A stretch of 32,000 nt of DNA, from the NCBI GenBank assembly GCA_963718915.1, contig CAVRAI010000015.1, positions 720,001 to 752,000 on the forward strand. The letters are read 5' to 3'. Positions within the stretch are counted from its first letter, which is position 1. Each line of letters opens with the position of its first letter. A program made the translations under genes and the position numbers. The stretch is from an uncultured Chloroflexia bacterium. Lineage in GTDB: Bacteria; Chloroflexota; Ktedonobacteria; Ktedonobacterales; JADMIN01. The notes beneath the pieces are model-generated. The model made no database searches and had not been told where the DNA came from. It saw nothing but the letters and a program-made list of their open reading frames with translations. Positions 25,057-32,000 of this stretch are shown here, piece by piece.

Positions 25057-26889
25057 ATGCCAATTCGCCAGTTGCCGCGGGATGTCGCCGCCAAGATCGC
25101 CGCCGGTGAGGTGGTCGAGCGGCCAGCCTCGGTGGTGAAAGAGTTGATCGAGAACGCGCTGGATGCCGACGCGCGCACGATTCGGCTGGAAATCGCCGGG
25201 GGCGGCCTCGACTTGATTCGCGTCAGCGACGACGGCAACGGCATCGCGGCGGATGAGATGGCGCTGGCGTTCGCGCGTCACGCCACCAGCAAAATCGGCG
25301 CGCTAGCCGACCTCGAACACATTGCCACCCTCGGCTTTCGCGGTGAGGCGCTGGCCAGTATCGCCGCCGTCGCTCGTGTCACGCTGCTCAGCCGCCCGCG
25401 CGGGGCCACCGCCGGGGCGCAGGTGAGTGTCGACGAGGGCGTGTTGGGAGAGGTAACGCCCGCTGGCGCGCCCGCCGGGACTACCATTACCATTCGCGGA
25501 TTGTTTGCCTCCGTCCCCGCCCGCCTCAAGTTCCTCAAGACACGCGCCACCGAGACCGCCCACTGTCTGCGTCTGCTGGAGCAGTACGCGCTGGCGTGGC
25601 CGAACGTCCGCTTCACCGCCATCAGCGAGGGGCGGCAGGTCTTCAGTACGCCAGGCGACGGGAAGCTGCTGAGCGCCATCGTCGCCGTCTATGGGCTGCG
25701 GGTCGCCGAGCAGATGGTCGCGCTGGATGACGAAACCGAGAACGAACCACCACATGCGCACACGGCCAGTGAGCGCCCGCGGGTCAGCGGCTACGTCAGC
25801 CGTCCCTCATGCTACAAGGCGACGCGGCAGTTCATCTCGTTCTTCGTCAATGGCCGCTGGGTGCAGAGCCGTACGCTCAACTACGCCGTCGAGGAGGCGT
25901 ATCACTCGCTGCTGCTGACCGGCAGACATCCCATCGCGGTCATCAATATCGCGCTCGATCCGGCGGAGATGGATGTCAATGTGCATCCGGCCAAGACGGA
26001 GGTGCGCTTCCTGCGCGAGCGACTGGTCTACGCCGCCGTCCAGCGGGCCGTGCGCGCGGCGGTTCTCGCCACCGCCGAGACGCCGGAACTCTCCGGGCGG
26101 GCGTTCAGCCCCCCCGCGTGGCCGTCGCCTGACTCGCCATTCGCGTCGCGGGAAGGTGCGCTCCCCGGATCGCCACCGTCGGCTACACCCGACTCGCTCT
26201 GGCAGGGAGAAAGTGTTGCGGCGGGCCAATCGTCTGCGCGCGGCGCGGCGGGCGGGTTCGCGGTGCCCGGCGTCGCGGCGGATGGCGCGGTCGGCGGCAG
26301 GAAGCTTCCGGCGCTGCGCGTGCTGGGGCAGGTCTCGCAGAGCTATATCATCACCGAGGGGCCGGATGGCGTCTACATGGTAGATCAGCACGCTGCCCAC
26401 GAGCGCATCTTGCTGGAAAAGATGGTGGCTGAATGGCGCGCCCGTGGCGTCGCATCACAAGGGTTGCTGGAGCCGCAGACGGTCGAACTGGCGGCCACCG
26501 AGCGCGAGGCAGTCGAAGATCACCTGGAGCAGTTGCGTGGCATCGGCTTCGAGATCGAGCCGTTCGGCGGCGACGCGCTGCTGGTGCGCGCCGTCCCCGC
26601 GACGCTCAGCGCGCAGGCGCATCCGCAATCGCTGCGCGAGCTACTGCTAGAATTGGTCGGCGCCGATAGCGAGGCGGCCAGCCACGGCGAAACCTGGGAA
26701 GAGCATGCGCTCGCCAATGTCGCCTGTAAAGCGGCCATCAAGGCGGGCCAGCCGCTCTCGCCCGAGGAGCAGCGTGAGATGATCCGCCAGCTTGAAGGGG
26801 TGGACGCGCACCAGAGTTGCTGCCACGGCCGCCCAACGATGGTGCATCTCAGCCTCGCCGCGCTCGAGCGCGAATTCGACCGCCGTTAG
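25057..26889 (+). CDS. mutL: DNA mismatch repair protein MutL (endonuclease-type)
   Basis: N-terminal GHKL ATPase domain IRQLPRDVAAKIAAGEVVERPASVVKELIENALDA. C-terminal DQHAAHERILLE endonuclease motif and CHGRPT. Confidence 0.96.
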   Translation: MPIRQLPRDVAAKIAAGEVVERPASVVKELIENALDADARTIRLEIAGGGLDLIRVSDDGNGIAADEMALAFARHATSKIGALADLEHIATLGFRGEALASIAAVARVTLLSRPRGATAGAQVSVDEGVLGEVTPAGAPAGTTITIRGLFASVPARLKFLKTRATETAHCLRLLEQYALAWPNVRFTAISEGRQVFSTPGDGKLLSAIVAVYGLRVAEQMVALDDETENEPPHAHTASERPRVSGYVSRPSCYKATRQFISFFVNGRWVQSRTLNYAVEEAYHSLLLTGRHPIAVINIALDPAEMDVNVHPAKTEVRFLRERLVYAAVQRAVRAAVLATAETPELSGRAFSPPAWPSPDSPFASREGALPGSPPSATPDSLWQGESVAAGQSSARGAAGGFAVPGVAADGAVGGRKLPALRVLGQVSQSYIITEGPDGVYMVDQHAAHERILLEKMVAEWRARGVASQGLLEPQTVELAATEREAVEDHLEQLRGIGFEIEPFGGDALLVRAVPATLSAQAHPQSLRELLLELVGADSEAASHGETWEEHALANVACKAAIKAGQPLSPEEQREMIRQLEGVDAHQSCCHGRPTMVHLSLAALEREFDRR

Positions 26890-26916
26890 GGTGCGACTGA
26901 CGCAAGGAGTGGCGAC

Positions 26917-28140
26917 GTGCGCGAACTCTCACGGATACTGGCCGACGAGATCAGGCTGAATGGCCCGATCACCTTCGCCCGCTTTATGGCGGTCGCGCTC
27001 TATCATCCAACGTACGGCTACTATGTCGGTGGCGGCGAGGGGCGCGAGCCGGTCGGCTGGGAGGGTGACTACTTCACCAGCGGCGACCTGCATCCACTCT
27101 GGGGCGAATCTATCGCCCGACAACTTCACCAGATGTGGGAGCTACTGGGGCGGCCCGCGCGCTTCGACGTGGTCGAGTCGGGCGCTGGACGTGGCCTGCT
27201 GGCGCGCGATGTCTGGGGCTGGGCGCTGAAGCGCGCGCCTGAGTGGGGCGAGGCGTTGCGCTATACGCTGGATGACCGTACACCCAGCGGAACGACGCTG
27301 CATGCCGCCCGCGAGGCGCGACTGCGTGAGGAACTGGCGCGGCTGGGGGCGCCGGAGCACGCGCTATCCTGGGCGGCGGGGATGGACGAGGCTTTACTCG
27401 CCGCTGGCATCACCGGCTGTCTCGTCTCGAATGAGTTAGTTGACGCGCTCCCGGTGCATATCGTCGAGAAGCACGGCGACGCGCTCCGCGAGATATTCGT
27501 GGACGTGGATGAAGCACAGGGGCGATTCGTCGAACGTGCCGGGCCGCCTTCTGTGCCCGAAGTGGCGGCGTATCTGGATGACTACCACGTTCCCTGGCGC
27601 GGCTATTCCGATGGCTGGCGGGCGGAGGTCTGCCTGGAGGCGCGCGACTGGATGCGGCGAGTCGCGGCGGGCATCCATCGCGGCTTCGTCTTGACGATAG
27701 ACTATGGCGACACCGCGCGCAGGCTCTATACCCGCGACCGTAGGCGCGGCACCCTCGCCGTCTATAGCCAGCATCAGTTTGGCGAGCGACCGTTGGCGCA
27801 GCCCGGCATGCAGGATTTGACGGCGCACGTCAACTTCAGCGCGCTCATTCAGACGGGACGCGAGAACGGTCTGCGGCTGGCGGGGCTGACCACCCAGGCG
27901 GCGTTTCTGACGGCCCTGGGTCTGCGCGAGCGGATGGCCGCGTTGAGCGCGCCAGCTATCGGACGCGGTGGTATCGTGGGCAATAGCCAGCTCGACCATC
28001 TGCGGCGTATCTCGGAGCGTAACGCCCTCGCGGCCCTGCTCAATCCGGCGGGACTCGGCGGCTTCAAGGCGCTGATCCAGCAGCGCGGCGTGCCGGGCGC
28101 GGGTCGTGCGCTGCTTGGCCTGCAATCCGCTCAGAAATAG
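26917..28140 (+). CDS. SAM-dependent methyltransferase, MidA/NDUFAF7 (COG1565/DUF185) family
   Basis: GTG start with AAGGAG upstream. GPITFARFMAVALYHPTYGYY, VVESGAGRGLLARDV, SNELVDALPVH, TIDYG and DLTAHVNFS match the family pattern. Confidence 0.8.
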   Translation: MRELSRILADEIRLNGPITFARFMAVALYHPTYGYYVGGGEGREPVGWEGDYFTSGDLHPLWGESIARQLHQMWELLGRPARFDVVESGAGRGLLARDVWGWALKRAPEWGEALRYTLDDRTPSGTTLHAAREARLREELARLGAPEHALSWAAGMDEALLAAGITGCLVSNELVDALPVHIVEKHGDALREIFVDVDEAQGRFVERAGPPSVPEVAAYLDDYHVPWRGYSDGWRAEVCLEARDWMRRVAAGIHRGFVLTIDYGDTARRLYTRDRRRGTLAVYSQHQFGERPLAQPGMQDLTAHVNFSALIQTGRENGLRLAGLTTQAAFLTALGLRERMAALSAPAIGRGGIVGNSQLDHLRRISERNALAALLNPAGLGGFKALIQQRGVPGAGRALLGLQSAQK

Positions 28141-28195
28141 ACGTCCGGTACGATATCTGCAACCATATGAGACGACATGCGAGGAGGGTTTGCCC

Positions 28196-29042
28196 ATGCC
28201 ACGCCATCTGGTCTGCCTGACGTTCGACTTTGACGCGCTCTCGCTCTGGCTCGCGCGCGGGAATCACCTCGCCGACGCCGATCTCGCAGGGGGAGTTTGG
28301 CGCGGTTGGCGCGGAGCGCATCCTGGCGTTGCTTGCCAGCCACAGCATCCACGCCACCTGGTTCATTCCCGGCCATACCATCGAGACGTATCCCGACCTG
28401 TGCGGGCGTATCCACGCCGCGGGCCACGAGATCGGCCACCACGGTTACGCGCACGAAGCGCCGGTCAATCTCGCGCGCGAGGCGGAGGAGGCGGTACTGG
28501 TGCGCGGGAACGAGGCGATTCGCAGTCTTACGGGCGCTCCGGCGACCGGCTACCGCTCGCCCGCCTGGGATCTCAGCCCGCATTCGGTCGATTTGCTGCT
28601 GGCCCACGGCTTCATCTACGACAGCAGCATGATGGCGAACGACTACACGCCGTACTACGCGCGACACGGGGACGTGATTCCGCTCGACCAACCAGCCCAG
28701 TTTGGGGAGACGACGCGGCTGATCGAGCTACCGGTCAGTTGGTCGCTGGACGACTTTCCCCACTTCGAGTATCTCTGGACGGCGACACATTTGCAGGGCG
28801 GTCTACGCCGCGCCGATGACGTGCTCGCCAACTGGCTCGACGACTTCCGCTACATGGCGCGCACGCAGGAGTGGGGCGTGCTCACGCTCACCTTCCATCC
28901 GCAGGTAATCGGGCGCGGGCATCGCATGCTGATGCTGGAGCGGCTGATCGAGCAACTCGAAGGGCTGGGAGCCACCTTCGCTCGTATGGATGCCGTGGCC
29001 CAGGAGTTTGCCCAGCGCAGCGCAACGCCCGGCACGAACTGA
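28196..29042 (+). pseudogene. Polysaccharide deacetylase (NodB/PuuE-like) with a +1 frameshift near codon 22
   Basis: ATG 28196 encodes MPRHLVCLTFDFDALSLWLARG, the family N-terminus including the FDFD motif. The family sequence then continues in another frame (ITSPTPISQGEFGAVGAERILALLASHSIHATWFIPGH...HEIGHHGYAHE). Removing one G from the run at 28259-28261 restores a single ORF. Confidence 0.7.
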
Positions 29043-29057
29043 TAGCAGACTTCTATC

Positions 29058-29086
29058 TTGAACGCTACCGCCGCTGATGCTACACT
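29058..29086 (+). promoter_or_regulatory. Candidate promoter of the TIR-FGE gene
   Basis: TTGAAC (29058-29063), a 17-bp spacer, then TACACT (29081-29086), about 50 nt upstream of ATG 29135. Confidence 0.45.
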
Positions 29087-29134
29087 GACAGGGCAGCCAG
29101 ACATAGTATGTCGCGTAGCGGAGAGGCAGTGGCC

Positions 29135-30450
29135 ATGAGCGCATTTCATACGACCTTCGTCAGCCATGCCCACGCCGATAACGACCTCTGCGACCGCTAC
29201 GTCGCGGCGCTGCGGGCGCGCGGGATCGATATCTGGTACGACCGAGACAACGCGCAGAACGGCCATCTGCTCGGCTCAGCGATCCAGGATGAACTGAAGC
29301 GCCGTTCGGCGTTCGTGCTGCTGATGACCGAGGCGTCGCTCACCTCATTCTGGGTTGACCTGGAGACGCAGACCTGGCTTGGCCTGATGGCGCAACAGCG
29401 TTCGCGCCTCTTGCTGCCCGTGCGTATTGGCTCCTGCGCCGTGCCGCCAATGCTCAACGCCTTCTTCTGGGTCGATGCGCAGGCGATGCCGTTCGAGAAA
29501 GCGATTGACGCTATCGCAGCCGCGCTGAACGGTACTCCGTCGCCGTCGGCAAGCCACCGTTACCCCACGCCGCGCGACACATTGCCGCCGCTCGGCCCGG
29601 CGCCCGCGCCCGCCAACAGCGCACCCGCGCACCACCTGACGCCGATGCCGCTCTACAATCTGGGCTTTCGCGGCTACACCATCGGCGGCATTGAATGCAT
29701 TCTGCCGCCGCTCTGCCCCGTGCCTGGTGGCGTATTCACCATGGGCAGCGACAAGAGCCGCGATAAAGAGGCGCAAGATAGGGAGACGCCGCAGTATCCG
29801 GTCGAGGTGGACAGCTTCGCCATCGGCCAGCACCCCGTCACCGTCGCCGAGTATGCCTGCGCCGTCCGCGCGAAAGTAGTTCGTGAGCCGCCACAATACG
29901 AGTCAGGTGGCAACAAATATGGGCCAGATTGGGTGACGCAACATACGCATCCTGACCATCCGGTGGTCTGCGTTTCCTGGGACGACGCCATAGCGTATCT
30001 GAAATGGCTGGCAAAGACTGACGGGCCAGCCGTGGCGACTGCCGACCGAGGCGGAGTGGGAGAAGGCGGCGCGTGGCGATGGACGGGCGCATCTATCCCT
30101 GGGGCGATACGTTCGACAAGGCGCGCTGCAACACGGGCGAAAGCGGCATCGGCACGACCACGCCCGTCGGTCGTTATCCCAACGGCGCGAGTCCCTATCA
30201 CGCGCAGGATATGGCCGGCAACGTCTGGGAGTGGACGAGCAGCCTGTTTCAGCCCTATCCCTACCGCAAAAACGACGGACGGGAGAATCCAGATTCTACT
30301 GGTAATCGAGTGCTGCGTGGCGGTTCGTGGAGCGACAATTCCAGGGTTGCGCGCGCGGCCTACCGCTTCGACTTCTACAGTCCGGCCAACTTCAACGTCG
30401 ACGGAGGGTTCCGTCTGGCTCTGGCGCGTGCGGCGGCTGGTTCAGCATAA
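29135..30450 (+). pseudogene. TIR domain fused to an FGE/SUMF1-like (non-catalytic) domain; interrupted by two +1 frameshifts
   Basis: ATG 29135 with GGAGAGG 8 nt upstream. TIR: TFVSHAHADNDLCDRYVAALRARGIDIWYDRDN...AFVLLMTEASLTSFWVDLE. Pro-rich linker. FGE-like: PGGVFTMGSD...YPVEVDSFAIGQHPVTVAEYACAV...VVCVSWDDAIAYLKWLAK. The family sequence then continues in a second frame (TGQPWRLPTEAEWEKAARGDGR, 30021-30086) and a third frame (DGRIYPWGD...NVWEWT...RVLRGGSW...GGFRLA, ending at 30450). Confidence 0.75.
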
Positions 30451-30735
30451 TTCTCTGGTTCTGATTTCTGAATTGCATTTACAATAGAATAACACTGACA
30501 GCAGAAATGGAATGGCGGGGTGTGTTTCTGGCCGCGCGTAGCGCGGAAAATTGGGGGAAATCTAACGTCTCGCCACCAAAAGCCGCTCGTCACCTGTATG
30601 ATCGCTGATGGCCGTTGCCTACCGCAAAGTCCTGCCCTTGAGCCTGCGGAACGATCCGCCTCGTCGTAGCAAGCGTGGGAAGCATGCGGGAGGTCGCTCC
30701 TCGTTGCGTGCGCTCCATGGGGCAGACCGAACCCA

Positions 30736-30963
30736 GTGCTGCGTGGCGGCTCGTGGAACAACAATTCCAGGAACGCGCGCGTGGCCTACCGCAACGACAA
30801 CCAATGGGACAACTTCAACAACAACGAAGGGTTCCGTCTGGCTCTGGCGCGTGCGGCGGATGATCCAGCGTTTCCGGCCAGTAAATCCGCACGAGTCCCG
30901 TTCGCGGGAAATCGACGGACGCGGCCACCATATGCTGAACCAGCGCGGTCATGTCCCGGCTGA
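30736..30963 (+). pseudogene. 5'-truncated remnant of a second FGE-like domain gene
   Basis: [41 protein letters not shown] parallels 30313-30430. It includes a 31-bp identical run, GGGTTCCGTCTGGCTCTGGCGCGTGCGGCGG. No intact N-terminal portion exists upstream; there is an in-frame stop at 30667. Confidence 0.6.
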
Positions 30964-31113
30964 GGCCAGACGACGCCGTACACGTCCTTTTGGCCAGCCA
31001 AATACAAAATAGATCTGCCTCCCGCAACCGACTGAACATGTCGGCACTAACGGCTGTGTGGTGTGTCACCCCTGCCGCGATGCGCGGGGCAGACGCTTTT
31101 TCCTGCGCGATAA

Positions 31114-31248
31114 GCTGGCGGTTGAAACCGCGCCTGAAGGGCCTGCGGCCACGAAACCCGCCTGTCGCGGGTTCCTCAAGCGTCCGCTCGCAATCATCTA
31201 CGGTACTGAACGGCCAGGATTAGCCGCAGAGGCTCTCAGCCTGCGGCC
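31114..31248 (+). repeat. Composite REP-like intergenic element, copy B (module 1 at 31114-31182, module 2 at 31217-31248)
   Basis: GCTGGCGGTTGAAACCGCGCCTGAAGGGCCTGCGGCCACGAAACCCGCCTGTCGCGGGTTCCTCAAGCG, then GGATTAGCCGCAGAGGCTCTCAGCCTGCGGCC. Has the same architecture as copy A. Confidence 0.8.
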
Positions 31249-31292
31249 AGCGTTCCCATAGTCCCGCCTCGCCCAGAAAGCAGTAGAGATCC

Positions 31293-32000
31293 TCAATACC
31301 CCCGATATTGCGGCGGTTGCGGCCAGGCGGGATACGTCCGCGACTTTGGCGGCGGGAGCTTCCGCATGAATGGCCGTAGTATTAGCGCGATGAGTAGCCC
31401 CGCGACGAAGCCACCGACGTGCGCGAAATAGGCGACGCCGCCGCTATTGACCAGTTGCGGGTTGAGGCTCTGCAAGCCTGAGACCAGTTGCAGCACGAAC
31501 CACAGGCCGATGACCACCAGCGCGGGCAAAGTGGTAAACGTGATGATGATGCCGAGGAAGATCAGCGAGCGCACGCGCGCGCCGGGATAGAAGATGAGGT
31601 ATGCGCCCAGGACGCCCGCGATGGCTCCGCTCGCGCCCAGGTTGATGAGTTGCGAGTTGGGGTCCACGAAAATCTGCGCCGCCGAGGCGACCAGCCCACA
31701 GAAGAGATAGAAGATCAGATACCAGAAGTGGCCCAGCCGGTCCTCGACGTTATCGCCAAAGATCCAGAGGTAGAGCATATTGCCGCCGATGTGTAGCAGA
31801 TTCGCATGCAGGAACATCGAGGTGAGCAGTGTGATATAGACCGGCTGCGGCTGTCCATAGGCGCAACCCTGGAACGTAACCTCGGCGTTGTGGGTGATGC
31901 CATACGGGATCGTCGAATAGGCGAACTGGAAGCACTGGCCGTAGACCATCTCGGCAATGAAGACGCCAATATTGATGAGGATCAGCGTGTAGTTGACGAA
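31293..32000 (-). CDS. Rhomboid-family intramembrane serine protease (5' end lies outside the window)
   Basis: FLHANLLHIGGNMLYLWIFG, GASGAIAGVLGAY (catalytic Ser) and FAHVGGFVAG (catalytic His). The frame stays open upstream of the ORF-track Met to the window edge (FVNYTLILINIGVFIAEMV...). Confidence 0.85.
   Translation of the reverse strand, partial: FVNYTLILINIGVFIAEMVYGQCFQFAYSTIPYGITHNAEVTFQGCAYGQPQPVYITLLTSMFLHANLLHIGGNMLYLWIFGDNVEDRLGHFWYLIFYLFCGLVASAAQIFVDPNSQLINLGASGAIAGVLGAYLIFYPGARVRSLIFLGIIITFTTLPALVVIGLWFVLQLVSGLQSLNPQLVNSGGVAYFAHVGGFVAGLLIALILRPFMRKLPPPKSRTYPAWPQPPQYRGY

Noticed and set aside
28106-28819. 237-aa ORF starting upstream of the deacetylase
   Set aside because: Only residues from MPRHLVCLTFDFDALSLWLARG (starting at 28196) look genuine. 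The remainder is Arg/Gly/Pro-rich out-of-frame read-through caused by the frameshift at about 28260.
30815-31069. 84-aa minus-strand ORF in the decayed region downstream of the FGE remnant, considered as a mobile-element fragment
   Set aside because: It has no transposase or integrase motif that I can recognise, and it overlaps the remnant on the opposite strand. It is most likely non-coding debris.
19716-31248. The two same-orientation REP-like composite elements, considered as boundaries of an 11.5-kb mobile island
   Set aside because: The interval contains core genes (mutL, the MidA-like gene, an MFS transporter) and no integrase or transposase. Additional copies of the element lie inside and outside the interval. 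They are better explained as dispersed REP elements than as island att sites.
1-32000. Search for tRNA, rRNA, tmRNA, RNase P or SRP RNA genes
   Set aside because: Visual inspection of the intergenic regions found no conserved hallmark strings, such as a T-loop GGTTCGAATCC-like box or the RNase P GAGGAAAGTCC box. Covariance-model scans would be needed to exclude small RNAs.

Overview
This is a high-GC (roughly 60-65%) bacterial chromosomal window. The gene content and the hairpin-rich intergenic repeats suggest a filamentous Chloroflexota/Ktedonobacteria-like genome, but that is inference only. Housekeeping genes are intact: rho (10623-11885, -), a nadB-nadC-nadA operon (15798-19676, +) with a clear promoter and inverted-repeat operator, mutL (25057-26889, +), a MidA-type methyltransferase, an MFS transporter, a rhomboid protease and an ECF sigma/anti-sigma pair. 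Between them sit several conflict/defence-style accessory genes. (1) A 1235-aa single-gene fusion (1114-4821) joins an unassignable Cys-containing N-terminal region, an SF1B RecD-like helicase and a C-terminal PD-(D/E)xK-like nuclease. (2) A membrane-anchored P-loop NTPase (12636-15586) is fused to about 14 TPRs, 11 of which are near-identical 102-bp units. Essentially all their nucleotide variation is non-synonymous and confined to TPR positions 5/9/12/13/34. This reading frame is broken by four single-base deletions. (3) A TIR domain is fused to a non-catalytic FGE/SUMF1-like domain (29135-30450), broken by two +1 frameshifts and followed by a decayed tandem duplicate. (4) An orphan vapC PIN toxin lies at 20886-21326. 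I also see a composite REP-like hairpin element in four places, two tandem paralogous secreted proteins, and a frameshifted polysaccharide deacetylase. I found no tRNA, rRNA, CRISPR array, transposase or integrase. All domain calls rest on motifs read by eye. No database search was possible, and the frameshifts could be assembly errors.
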